From an uncultured Actinomycetes bacterium (GTDB lineage: Bacteria > Actinomycetota > Actinomycetes > S36-B12 > CAIYMF01), in NCBI GenBank assembly GCA_963843975.1, contig CAWJMG010000003.1:1050001-1082000 (forward strand): a DNA stretch of 32,000 bases, given 5' to 3'. How positions within the stretch are numbered: the first letter of the stretch is position 1; each line of letters starts with the position of its first letter. Below are positions 9,358 to 18,526 of this stretch, one piece after another. Under the pieces are notes generated by a model. It saw nothing but the letters and a program-made list of their open reading frames with translations, was not told the DNA's origin and searched no databases. The translations under genes and the position numbers were made by a program.

Positions 9358-9618
9358 GGTTCTCCTCATGCGGTTGGGGACAGGGATGGGAGGCATGACC
9401 GCACTGTCAACGCCTGACCTCCCCTATCCAACCGCACCGATGGCAGCGTGTGCACGCTCCCCCTCCGACCGGGCAGGAGACGTACGAGACACCCGGGCGG
9501 ACAGGGTGAACGACGGGACAGCGGGAGGTGCTCCACGCGTGCCCTCCGGCCGCGCTAGCGTGCGCGGCAGAGGGGGCCCGGGACCGCCGGCCCCACCGCC
9601 ACCCGGAGGTCCTCCCCC

Positions 9619-11106
9619 GTGAGCGTGCTCGCCCTGGATGCCGGCACGACCGGCGTCACCGCCCTCATCGTCTCGGCCGACGCGCAGATCGTGGCGCGCG
9701 GCTACTCGGAGTTCCCGCAGCACTTCCCGCACCGAGGGCTGGGTCGAGCACGAGCCGAGGGAGGTCTGGGAGGCCGCGCTCACCGCCGTGCGGGAAGCGC
9801 TCGAGATGCTCGGGCCGGACGGCGACCAGCCCACGGCGGTCGGCATCACGAACCAGCGCGAGACCGCCGTCCTCTGGGACCGCGAGACGCTCGGCTGCCC
9901 CGCGGCGAGCGATCGTGTGGCAGGACCGGCGTACGGCGGGCCTGTGCGACCAGCTGCCGCGAGGACGGCCACGAGCCGCGCGTCGCGGCCCTCACCGGGC
10001 TGCGGCTCGACGCGTACTTCACCGCGACCAAGCTGGCGTGGATCGCGCTCAACGAGCCGCACGTCTGGGCGAGCGTCACGGCCGGGCGCACGGCCGTCGG
10101 CACGGTCGACTCGTACCTCGTCGCTCGGATGACGCGCGGCCTGCACCACGTGACCGACGCGTCCAACGCCTCCCGCACGCTGCTCTACGACATCCACGCC
10201 GGCGCCTGGAGCCAGGAGCTGTGCGACGTCTTCCACGTGCCGATCGACGCGCTGCCGGAGGTGGTCCCGTCGTACGGCGTCATCGGCCGCACCGACCCGT
10301 CGACGTTCCTCGGCCTCGACCTGCCGATCGCGGGCATCGCCGGCGACCAGCAGGCGGCGCTGTTCGGCCAGGCCTGCTACGCCGTCGGCACGAGCAAGTG
10401 CACCTACGGCACAGGATCGTTCGTGCTGGTGAACACCGGTGCGCGCCCGGTGGCGTCCTCGACGGGCCTGCTCACGACGGTCGCGTGGCAGCACCCGGAC
10501 GGCCGGCTGGAGTACGCGCTCGAGGGCGCGGTGTTCGTCACGGGCGCCGCCGTCCAGTGGCTGCGCGACGGCCTGCAGATCGTGGCGAGCGCATCGGAGA
10601 CCGAGGCGATCGCGCGGTCGGTGCCCGACTCCGGTGGTGTGGTGTTCGTGCCGGCGCTGACCGGTCTCGGCGCTCCCGACTGGGATCCGCACGCGCGCGG
10701 CACGATCCTCGGGATCAGCCGCGGGACGACCCGCGCCCACATCGTGCGGGCCACGCTCGAGGCGATCGCGTGGGAGGTGCGCGACGTCGTCGACCTCATG
10801 GTCCGCGAGGGCGGCCTCGAGCTCGCCGAGCTGGCGGTGGACGGCGGCGCCTCGGCGAACGGGTTCCTCTGCCAGCTGCAGTCGGACGCCCTTCAGGTGC
10901 CCGTCGCCCGGGCCGCCCAGCTCGAGACGACGGGCCTCGGGGCGGCGTTCCTCGCCGGCCTCGCGACCGGCGTGTGGGCGAGCCAGGACGAGATCGCGAC
11001 GACGGTCAAGCGGGACGCCCGGTTCGAGCCGGGGCCGCGGGACGACCGCGCCCACCGCCGTTGGCGCGTCGCGGTCGACCGCAGCAAGTCCTGGGCGACC
11101 CTCTAG
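9619..11106 (+). pseudogene. glpK: Glycerol kinase; three local frame changes (about 9733, 9908-9911, 9957) that sum to zero
   Basis: Conserved GlpK sequence hops between frames. It reads MSVLALDAGTTGVTALIV...PQHFPH in frame 0, then EGWVEHEPREVWEAAL...GITNQRETAVLWDRETLGCPAA in frame +1. It continues AIVWQDRRTAGLCDQL in frame +2, then REDGHEPRVAALTGLRLDAYFTATKLAW...GDQQAALFGQ...YGTGSFVL...DGGAS back in frame 0. Confidence 0.9.
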
Positions 11107-11113
11107 CCCGGGG

Positions 11114-11853
11114 TCAGGCGGCGGAGGAGGAGGCGCGGAGGTCGTCGGGGTTGGGCTGTTCGACCTCGAGCGCAGCGTCGGCCGAGAGCGTCTTGGCCTT
11201 GGCGGCGTACATGTCGACGTACTCCTGGCCGGAGAGCTGCATGAGCTCGTACATGATCTCGTCGGTCATCGAGCGCAGGACGAAGCGGTCGTTGGCCATG
11301 CCCTCGTAGCGCGAGAAGTCCAGCGGCGCGCCGATCGCGATCTTCACGCGCATGATCCGCGGGCGCACGCGTCCGGGCGGCTGGATGAGGTGCGTGTTGA
11401 CCATCGCGCACGGGATGACGGGCACGCCTGCCTCGAGGGCCATGCGGGCGACGCCGGTCTTGCCGCGGTAGAGGCGGCCGTCAGGCGAGCGCGTGCCCTC
11501 GGGGTAGATGCCGAGCAGGGCGCCCCCGTCGAGCACCCGGAGCCCGGTGCGCAGCGCGGCCTCGGACGCCTTGCCACCGGACCGGTCGACCGGCACCTGT
11601 CCGACGGCGGACATGAAGAGCTGGTCAGCCAGCCCTTGAAGCCGGGCGTGTGGAAGTAGTCGCTCTTGGCGAGGAACGTGATCTTCCGCTTGCACACCAT
11701 GGGAAGGAAGATCGAGTCGGAGAACGACAGGTGGTTGCCCGCGAGGATCGCGGCGCCGTCCTCGGGCAGGTGCTCGAGGCCCTCGACCTGGGGTCGGAAC
11801 AGGAGGCGGAGCAGCGGACCGATGAGGATGTACTTGCACACCCAGTAGAACAC
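11114..11853 (-). pseudogene. 1-acyl-sn-glycerol-3-phosphate acyltransferase (PlsC family); frame change near 11624-11634
   Basis: A GTG start at 11853 is preceded by a GGAGGAGG SD. The HX4D motif NHLSFSD and ...DYFHTPGFKGWL lie in the frame of ORF 11344..11853. The sequence then continues ADQLFMSAVGQVPVDRSGG...GIYPEGTRS...VPVIPCAM in the frame of ORF 11114..11983. The span is 3n+2 long. The break lies in a ggctggct repeat. Confidence 0.85.
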
Positions 11854-12069
11854 CGGCTGCCTCCTCCTCCCCGTGCAGAGTCGGGCCTGTCGGCCCCACC
11901 TGGCTCACGAGCCTGTCCCGCGCCCGTCGCCGCTGGTCAGCGGCGCGACGCCGACAGTACGGCGCGTGAAGGGCCCCCGGCAACGCAGGCGCGGCGGTAG
12001 CGTCACCCTCGCACCTCCCCGCACCCCCTGCCGCGGCCCCGGCGCCGCCCCGCGCACCCTGGAGTCCCG

Positions 12070-12832
12070 TTGCCGCTGATCCCCGGAGCCGAGCCCCTGT
12101 CGCACGAGGGCGGCCCTGTCGGCGTGCTCGTGATCCACGGCTTCACCGGCTCGCCGAAGTCGATGCGGCCCTGGGCGGAGCACCTCGTCGAGGCCGGGTT
12201 CACCGTCGAGATGCCGCGCCTGCCCGGGCACGGCACGACCTGGCAGGACATGTCCGTCACCCGATGGGAGGACTGGTACGCCGAGGTCGACCGCGTGCTC
12301 ACCTCGCTGGTGTCCCGCTGCGAGCAGGTCTACGTCATGGGCCTGTCGATGGGCGGCTCGCTGACGCTGCGGCTCGCGGAGAAGCGTGGCAGCGACATCG
12401 CCGGCATCGTGCTGGTGAACCCCGCGGTGCACTCCGAGCGCAAGGACGCCGTCCTCCTCCCCGTGCTGCGGCACCTCGTGAAGGCCTTCCCCGGCGTCCG
12501 CAACGACATCAAGAAGCCCGGGGTCGACGAGGGCGCCTACGAGAAGATGCCGCTGCACTGCGTGTACTCGCTGCAGTCCGCCTGGAAGGACATCAAGGCC
12601 GACATCCGGTCTGTCACGGTCCCGGTGCTGCTGCTGCACTCGCGCGAGGACCACGTCGTCGAGCCCAGCAACGCCGCCTGGATCCTCGCCAACGTCGCGA
12701 GCACCGACGTCACCGAGGTCGTCCTCGAGAACAGCTACCACGTGGCCACGGTCGACAACGACGCCGAGCTCGATCTTCGAGCGGTCGGTGGAGTTCGTGC
12801 ACCGGGTCGCGGGCTCGTCCGCCCAGGCCTGA
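12070..12832 (+). pseudogene. Alpha/beta hydrolase (carboxylesterase/lysophospholipase-like); one extra base at about 12772 alters the C-terminus
   Basis: The gene has a TTG start. It carries HGFTGSP, the nucleophile elbow GLSMGG, and SYHVAT. After ...DNDAEL the conserved-looking tail IFERSVEFVHRVAGSSAQA* lies in the +1 frame and stops at 12830-12832. Confidence 0.75.
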
Positions 12833-12842
12833 CACTGGTCCT

Positions 12843-13679
12843 ATGACGCCGACCGGTCGCGACAACGGGCTGCCCCGCGCGGCCCGCTACGTCGCGCTCG
12901 TCGACGTCGACCCGCCGGTCGCCGACCACGTGCTCGGGCTGCTGCGCGACGCCGGGGTGACGGCGCTCGCCGAGCCCGTCGTCGGTGAGATCGGCATGGC
13001 GTCACGTGCCACCACGCCGCCCAAGCGCCCCACCGAGCGTGTGCACGTCGACCACGAGCAGCTCGACCTCGCGCAGTCGGTCGTCGCCGGCGCGCTGCCG
13101 GGCCTGCGGGCCGAGTTCCACGCCGACGCCGCCCGCCGCGAGGACGCCGAGGACGCCGCCACCGCTGCCGAGGCGGCACGCGACCGGCGTCGCCGGCAGG
13201 AGCTCGGCACCGACGAGGTCGACTCGATGTTCGCCGACATCGTGGCCGGCTTCGAGGTGACCGGCAGCGACCCGGTCCCGCGCTGGTCCGTCCTCGAGGA
13301 CGTGCCCGAGACCGCGTCCGACGACGAGCCAGGCACGCCTTCGGAGCGGCCTCCGCTCTCCTCGCGGCTGGTGCGCCGATCCCCGGCCCCGGATCCTGCG
13401 GAGGCCCAGGAGCAGGCCCCGCGGGACGACGAGGACCACTTCGTGCCACCCCCGCCGCCGCCGCTGCCGGAGGCCGACCGCGTCACGCGGCTGGCCTGGG
13501 CGGCGCTGCTGGGAGGCCCGACGCTCATCATCATCGCCGCGCTGTTCGGCATCGGGCTCGAGAGCTGGGTGACGCTGCTCGCGCTCGTCAGCTTCCTCGG
13601 CGGCTTCGGCACGCTCGTGGCGCGCATGCACGACCGTCCGCGCGACGACGACGGCTGGGACGACGGCGCGGTTCTGTGA
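12843..13679 (+). CDS. Hypothetical acidic/proline-rich protein with two C-terminal TM segments
   Basis: This is the C-terminal 278 codons of ORF 12264..13679, from the ATG at 12843. It reads MTPTGRDNGLPRAARYVALVDVDPPVADHVLGLLRDAGV..., PPPPPPLPE, then LAWAALLGGPTLIIIAALFGIGL and WVTLLALVSFLGGFGTLVA. Confidence 0.55.
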   Translation: MTPTGRDNGLPRAARYVALVDVDPPVADHVLGLLRDAGVTALAEPVVGEIGMASRATTPPKRPTERVHVDHEQLDLAQSVVAGALPGLRAEFHADAARREDAEDAATAAEAARDRRRRQELGTDEVDSMFADIVAGFEVTGSDPVPRWSVLEDVPETASDDEPGTPSERPPLSSRLVRRSPAPDPAEAQEQAPRDDEDHFVPPPPPPLPEADRVTRLAWAALLGGPTLIIIAALFGIGLESWVTLLALVSFLGGFGTLVARMHDRPRDDDGWDDGAVL

Positions 13680-13683
13680 CACG

Positions 13684-13700
13684 CGAGCCGCAGCGGCTCG
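13684..13700. terminator. Hairpin between convergent genes
   Basis: CGAGCCG-cag-CGGCTCG forms a 7-bp stem. It sits between the stop at 13677-13679 (+) and the stop at 13711-13713 (-). Confidence 0.4.
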
Positions 13701-13710
13701 AGCGGTGGCG

Positions 13711-15144
13711 TCAGCCCGGCAGGGGGACGAAGCGGATCGACTTGGTGATCTGCCCGATCGCGGTCTGGAAGATCCGCGAGAACTCAGAGCCCGTGGCTGC
13801 GCAGAAGTAGAAGTCGCCGTCGGAGTTCTCGGCGGTGCGTCCGGCCGCGGTCGTGCAGTTCGTGTCGGCGCGGCTCGGGTTGCCCGAGGTGTCGGGCGAG
13901 GCGGCCTCGGCCAGGTAGGTGTTGGCGCTGCCGCTGCCGGTGCAGTTCTGGCTGATCGCGTCCCCGAAACCCACCGTCACGATGAGGATTCCCTGCGCCT
14001 TGGCGTTGGTGGCGACGGTGCGGAAGTTGTTGCACGCCGTCGTCGTGTTGGTGGATCCGACGTCGCCTGCGGTCGCGAGGGCAGTGGTGCCCGGGTCGTT
14101 GCCCTCGTTCGGGATTCCGTCGGTCTCGAAGATGATGACCTTGCGCGGGGTGCCGACCCGGTTGGGAAGGCTCGCGATGTTGTTGGCGGTGTCCCAGGGC
14201 GAGGTCGGTCCGAGCAGGAATCGCGCGCCCGCCTTCATGGGCGAGGCGAGGTCGGTGCCGCTGCCCGAGGCCGGGAGGCAGCTCAGGCCCTTCTGGAAGA
14301 TGCCCGTGCTGCTCTGGTAGTCGTTCGAGAAGCGCACCGGGATCCAGGTGGCCCCCGGTGTGGTCGAGCTGCCGGCGTCGTCGGTGGAGCACGCCGACGT
14401 GGGCAGGCTCTTGCCGATCGTGCCGAGGGCGACGTACTGCGACGCCGGGTCCATGGTGTTCACCATGCCCTTGATCGCCGCAACCATGGAGTTGCGGTCG
14501 GTCGTGGACATCGATCCCGTGCGGTCACCGATCACCAGCACGTCGAGCGGGTTGGGCGACGACTCGCCGCAGGAGCCCTTGCACGCGATCGAGGCGGTGG
14601 CGCCGGTCTGGCCCGACCCGATGCCGATCGCGGGCGCGAACGAGAACGGAACGTTCTTGTCGGCGACGGCCCGGATGGTGTTGCAGGTGGTGCCGTTGAT
14701 GCTGGCGTCGCAGGGGATCGCGCACCGCGAGGTGTTGCACACCAGGCCCGGGTAGCGCACTGCGTTGTACGGCGCTGCTCCGGGGCTGCAGGTGCTCGGG
14801 ATCTGCGTGGTGTCGACGGTCTTCGCAGCACCGGTCGAGGCGACGATGCACCAGAAGTCGATCGTGAGGCCGTTGGCCGGCGTGACGCTCGAGTCGGCGG
14901 CTGCCGCGAAGGCGAGAGCCTGCGCGCGGGCTGCAGTGGGGTCGGCGGGCAGCTCGTACGCGCCGGCCTGGGCCGCGGTGTCGAGCGTGTTCTGGAGGTT
15001 CTGCCGCTCGTAGGTGAGCTTGGCGACGTCGATCGCGAGGGCAGCGGCGCCGAACAGCGCCACGGCGAGGACGGCGACCAGGACCGCGACGGCGCCGCTC
15101 TCGCGGTCGGCGGTGATCGCGTGGCGGATGCGTCGGATGATCAC
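13711..15144 (-). CDS. tadG: TadG-like Flp-pilus pseudopilin/adhesin with vWA domain, Cys-rich
   Basis: The gene has a GTG start. The N-terminal TadE/G-like segment reads ESGAVAVLVAVLAVALFGAAALAIDVAKLTYERQNLQNTLDTAAQAGA. A vWA-like core carries LDVLVIGDRTGSMS (a MIDAS-type DxTxS) and KVIIFETDGIPN. I count 14 Cys. The product is Thr/Ser/Asn/Gly-rich. Confidence 0.8.
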   Translation of the reverse strand: MIIRRIRHAITADRESGAVAVLVAVLAVALFGAAALAIDVAKLTYERQNLQNTLDTAAQAGAYELPADPTAARAQALAFAAAADSSVTPANGLTIDFWCIVASTGAAKTVDTTQIPSTCSPGAAPYNAVRYPGLVCNTSRCAIPCDASINGTTCNTIRAVADKNVPFSFAPAIGIGSGQTGATASIACKGSCGESSPNPLDVLVIGDRTGSMSTTDRNSMVAAIKGMVNTMDPASQYVALGTIGKSLPTSACSTDDAGSSTTPGATWIPVRFSNDYQSSTGIFQKGLSCLPASGSGTDLASPMKAGARFLLGPTSPWDTANNIASLPNRVGTPRKVIIFETDGIPNEGNDPGTTALATAGDVGSTNTTTACNNFRTVATNAKAQGILIVTVGFGDAISQNCTGSGSANTYLAEAASPDTSGNPSRADTNCTTAAGRTAENSDGDFYFCAATGSEFSRIFQTAIGQITKSIRFVPLPG

Positions 15145-15148
15145 GGCG

Positions 15149-15622
15149 TCACTCGATCCGCATCTGCGACGAGCGGTTGATCGTGAGATCGCCCCCGAAG
15201 CCGCCGCCGACGAAGGTGATCCACTTGTAGGTGTACGTGACGGTGACGATCACGGTGCCGCCCGAGGTCGCGCCGGTGGCGTACGACGTGCAGTTGGCAC
15301 CGGCGGGCGTCTTGCAGGCCACGGTGACCGTGTTGCCCGGGAGGGTCGAGGCAGCCGAGGCCACCTGGGCACGGATCTGGGCCTCGCTGCCGCCGAGGCT
15401 GCCGACGCGCGCGCCCTCGCGCGCGGCGTTGGCGGCCACGATGCGGGCGTTGATCGCAAGGCCGAAGTCGATGATGCCGAAGACGAGCAGGAACAGCAGC
15501 GGCGCGACGAGGGCGAACTCGACGGCGGCGGCGCCGGAGTCCGAGCGCAGGCGCGACAGCCTGCGGCGCGGCGCCGCAGCAGCGGCGCGGCGGCTCGCGC
15601 GCGGCCCGGTCGTCCGGAGCAT
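15149..15622 (-). CDS. tadE: TadE-like pseudopilin
   Basis: The 157-aa product has a basic N-terminus followed by the TadE motif SGAAAVEFALVAPLLFLLVFGIIDFGLA. It ends 4 nt upstream of the tadG-like start. Confidence 0.85.
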   Translation of the reverse strand: MLRTTGPRASRRAAAAAPRRRLSRLRSDSGAAAVEFALVAPLLFLLVFGIIDFGLAINARIVAANAAREGARVGSLGGSEAQIRAQVASAASTLPGNTVTVACKTPAGANCTSYATGATSGGTVIVTVTYTYKWITFVGGGFGGDLTINRSSQMRIE

Positions 15623-15642
15623 GTGCCCACCCGTCTGTAACG

Positions 15643-15663
15643 CGACGGAACGATCCGTCGTTC
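15643..15663. promoter_or_regulatory. Two overlapping perfect palindromes in the tadE leader
   Basis: CGACGG-aacgat-CCGTCG occupies 15643-15660 and GAACGA-tccg-TCGTTC occupies 15648-15663. They lie 21-41 nt upstream of the tadE ATG (15622, minus strand). Confidence 0.35.
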
Positions 15664-15832
15664 TTCCACTGTCCCACGGAGGCCGCTACAGAGCGTCGAC
15701 CGTCGGTTCCGGACGTCATCGTACGTTCGGAGGACGGCGGTGACGCCGCCCGTGAGGGTGATTCACCCGTGTGTCACAACCCGTCACGCCCTGCTACGGC
15801 GCCGTCACGCACGCTCCAGGGGCGGGCCCAGG

Positions 15833-16810
15833 TCAGTCCTCGAGCAGGCGGGCGAGGTCCGCGGCCCCGGCCATGCCGGCGTCGTTGCCGAGCTGGGCCA
15901 TGACGACCGCGGCCAGCGGGCGGTGCGCCCGTGCCACGAGGTGGGCCTCGAACGCCGCACGCGTGGGGAGCAGCAGCAGGTCGCCCGCCTCGGACACCCC
16001 GCCGCCGATCACGAACATCGCCGGGTCGAGCAGCGCCGCGACGTCGGCGAGGCCCGAGCCGAGCCACTGGCCGATGTGCGCGAACGCCTCGAGGGCGACG
16101 GGGTCGCCCTGGCGGGCCGCGGCGGTGACGTGCTTGCCCTTGACCCCCTCGGGGGTGCCGTCGCCGAGCGAGAGCAGCAGCTGCGCGTGGTCGCGCTGGT
16201 CCGCCGCGAGCTCGCGCGCCTCGCGCAGCAGGGCGTTGCCGCTCGCGTACTGCTCCCAGCAGCCGCGCTTGCCGCAGCCGCAGAGGCGGCCGTCGGGCAC
16301 GCGGCTCAGGTGGCCGAACTCGGCCGCCATGCCGTACGCGCCGCGGACGAGGTGGTCGCGCAGGACGATGCCGCCGCCGATGCCCGTGCCGACGGTGACC
16401 ATGACGAGCGAGTGCTCGTCGCGCCCTGCGCCGAACCGGAACTCGCCCCAGGCCGCGGCGTTGGCGTCGTTCTCCACGACCACGGGGAGCCCGCAGCCGG
16501 CGCTGACCTGCGCCGCGAGCGGCTCCTCGGTCCAGCTGAGGTTGGGGGCGAACCGCACGACCTGGCGCGTCTCGTCCACGAGTCCTGCCGCCCCGAGGCC
16601 CACCGACTGCACCGCGCCGAGGCCGTCCCGCGATGCGAGGGCGACCAGCTCGTTGGCCACCTCGACGATGGCGAGCGCGATGGCGGAGGTCGACCGGGCC
16701 GGGGTCTCGCGCCGGGCGCGGGCGAGGATCGACCCGGACTCGTCGACGAGACCGCCGGCGATCTTGGTACCGCCGATGTCGACGCCGATGGTCAGGGACA
16801 TGCGGGTCAT
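15833..16810 (-). CDS. glk: ROK-family glucokinase
   Basis: The product carries IGVDIGGTKIAGG, VVVENDANAAAWGE, GTGIGGGIV and the ROK zinc motif GHLSRVPDGRLCGCGKRGCWEQYASG. Its ATG overlaps the upstream stop (ATGA at 16807-16810). Confidence 0.9.
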   Translation of the reverse strand: MTRMSLTIGVDIGGTKIAGGLVDESGSILARARRETPARSTSAIALAIVEVANELVALASRDGLGAVQSVGLGAAGLVDETRQVVRFAPNLSWTEEPLAAQVSAGCGLPVVVENDANAAAWGEFRFGAGRDEHSLVMVTVGTGIGGGIVLRDHLVRGAYGMAAEFGHLSRVPDGRLCGCGKRGCWEQYASGNALLREARELAADQRDHAQLLLSLGDGTPEGVKGKHVTAAARQGDPVALEAFAHIGQWLGSGLADVAALLDPAMFVIGGGVSEAGDLLLLPTRAAFEAHLVARAHRPLAAVVMAQLGNDAGMAGAADLARLLED

Positions 16811-17274
16811 CCTCCCGAGCGGGACGTGGCGGAGCCAGGGTCTGACGAGGTGCCGGGGGCGGTCGCGTCGTCGATCGGGATGCGCCGGACCCTGCGGGTG
16901 CGCGCATCATCGTGCCCTGCCGTCGATGCGTCGTCGGCACCGGGCTGGTCCGGTGCGGCAGCGTCGGGATCCCCGCCGTCGGCCGGAGCGGACTCCTGCG
17001 CCGGGGGCGACGTTCCGCCTGTCGCCTGGGCCACGCCGGCGGCCGCCTCGCCGAGCACGTGCTCGACCGCGGCCACGGCGCCATCCACCCAGCGGGCCAC
17101 GGAGTCCGGGTCGGTCTCGCGCAGGCGCACGATGCCGCGGCAGACCGGGCACGAGCAGGTCTCGCCGTCGGCGTCGACCGGCGCGAGGTGCGGGGCCGTC
17201 GTCCGCAGCCACTCCTGGGCCGCCGTCAGCAGCTTGGCGGCCTCGGCGCCGGCGCGCGGAGCCTGGTCGCTCAT
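16807..17274 (-). CDS. Small conserved hypothetical protein with CxCPxC motif and an acidic, disordered C-terminus
   Basis: This is the C-terminal 155 codons of ORF 16807..18234. It reads MSDQAPRAGAEAAKLLTAAQEWLRTTAPHLAPVDADGETCSCPVCRGIVRLRETDPDSVARWVDGAV... ATGA overlaps occur at both ends (17271-17274 and 16807-16810). Confidence 0.65.
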   Translation of the reverse strand: MSDQAPRAGAEAAKLLTAAQEWLRTTAPHLAPVDADGETCSCPVCRGIVRLRETDPDSVARWVDGAVAAVEHVLGEAAAGVAQATGGTSPPAQESAPADGGDPDAAAPDQPGADDASTAGHDDARTRRVRRIPIDDATAPGTSSDPGSATSRSGG

Positions 17275-18500
17275 GGCGTTCCTCCCGTGTCGGCAGGCAT
17301 GCGCCAGGCGTCGGCGTCCGGGCGGAACCGGACGCGCAGGACGCGACCCGCGTCGGTGAGGTCGAGCGATGCTCCGTGGACCTCGCAGCGCGCGAGCAGC
17401 GGCGGCAGCGCCACGACGCGGCGGTGCGGACCGAGGTCGACGACGAGATCGCCGTCGTCGGTCATCGAGAGCTCGAGGTCGTCGGCCTCGGCGCCGGGCA
17501 CCGGGAGGTCGAACCACCACAGGTCGTCGGCGCCGGCGAGGCCGTACGACGGACGCGCGGTTCCGAGGTCGAGCGGGTCGGAGCCGGCGAGCACGACGTC
17601 GGCGACGGCGAGCAGCGCCTCGACGCCGACCGGCTCCGCCTCGGTGTATGGCGCGTGCCGCACAGGCAGCGCCGCGAAGCGGTCGCGCGCGAGCAGCAGC
17701 ACCTCGCGGTGGCGGTCGACGAGCGGCGCCGGCCACCCGGGCCCGGCCGCCACGCGGTTCACGACGACGCTCTCCACGTGGTGCCCGAGCAGGGCCAGCG
17801 TGGTGCGGGCGCGCGAGGTCTCGGCGAGCACGACCTTCTCGGGCGTCGTCACGAGCCTGACGGCGGCGTCGGGTCCGGCGAGGAGCTCCCGGACGGCGAG
17901 CAGCCGCGCGCAGAGGTCGTCGAGCGCGTCCAGCGCCTCGGCCGTCTCGGGCCGGAAGCCCTGACCGGTGAGCAGACGCACGATGCGGCTCTCGACGGGG
18001 AGGCCGCGACGCACGAGGCGGTCGAGGGCCTCCGGGAGGGCGAGCAGCCGCAGCGTCTCGGCCGTCGGCGCGCAGTCGACGACCACCGCGTCGTACCCCG
18101 GGGCGTGCTCGGCGACGTCCAGGAGGGCGAGGATGTCCTCGATGCCGGGCACCGTGGCGATCTCCTCGGCCACGAGCGGATCCACGCCGGCGCCCGCGAG
18201 CAGACCGCCCGCGACCCGTCGGATCGTCGTCCACGAGGCGTCCACGCGTGCGCGGGCGTCGATCTGCAGCACGTCGAGGTGGCCCGGAGCCTCCGACACC
18301 CGCTGCGGCGTCGCGGCGACGCGCCAGTCGCGTGCCTGCGCTCCCCCGACCGTCAGCCCCAGCGCGTCGGTGAGCGAGTGGGCCGGGTCGGTGCTGACCA
18401 CGAGGGTGCGTCGGCCGTCCCGGGCGGCCGCGAGCGCCGTCGCCGCGGCGACGGTCGTCTTGCCGACGCCGCCCTTGCCTGCGACCAGGAGAACCCGCAC
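17271..18500 (-). CDS. ArsA/Get3-family P-loop ATPase with C-terminal HSP20-like domain
   Basis: The gene has a GTG start. It carries the deviant Walker A VAGKGGVGKTTVAAA, the STDPAHSL motif, and VVDCAPTAETLRLLALPE. The C-terminal beta-rich segment reads WWFDLPVPGAEADDLELSMTDDGDLVVDLGPHRRVVALP. Confidence 0.85.
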   Translation of the reverse strand: MRVLLVAGKGGVGKTTVAAATALAAARDGRRTLVVSTDPAHSLTDALGLTVGGAQARDWRVAATPQRVSEAPGHLDVLQIDARARVDASWTTIRRVAGGLLAGAGVDPLVAEEIATVPGIEDILALLDVAEHAPGYDAVVVDCAPTAETLRLLALPEALDRLVRRGLPVESRIVRLLTGQGFRPETAEALDALDDLCARLLAVRELLAGPDAAVRLVTTPEKVVLAETSRARTTLALLGHHVESVVVNRVAAGPGWPAPLVDRHREVLLLARDRFAALPVRHAPYTEAEPVGVEALLAVADVVLAGSDPLDLGTARPSYGLAGADDLWWFDLPVPGAEADDLELSMTDDGDLVVDLGPHRRVVALPPLLARCEVHGASLDLTDAGRVLRVRFRPDADAWRMPADTGGTP

Positions 18501-18526
18501 GGGACGAACCTACCCGTGCGCGGGGG

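Noticed and set aside
9405-9410. A TTGACA hexamer (minus strand), considered as a -35 box for pfkA.
   Set aside because: No TANNNT-type -10 element lies at 16-19 nt spacing downstream on that strand. A single hexamer is not sufficient.
11928-11945. The hairpin CGCCGCT-ggtc-AGCGGCG in the divergent plsC/hydrolase intergenic region, and the small IR TTAGG-gtgt-CCTAA at about 20925-20938 before the acyl-CoA ligase gene.
   Set aside because: These are short stems of a kind expected frequently by chance in GC-rich DNA. No associated regulator gene and no second copy are present, so there is not enough support to call them regulatory sites.
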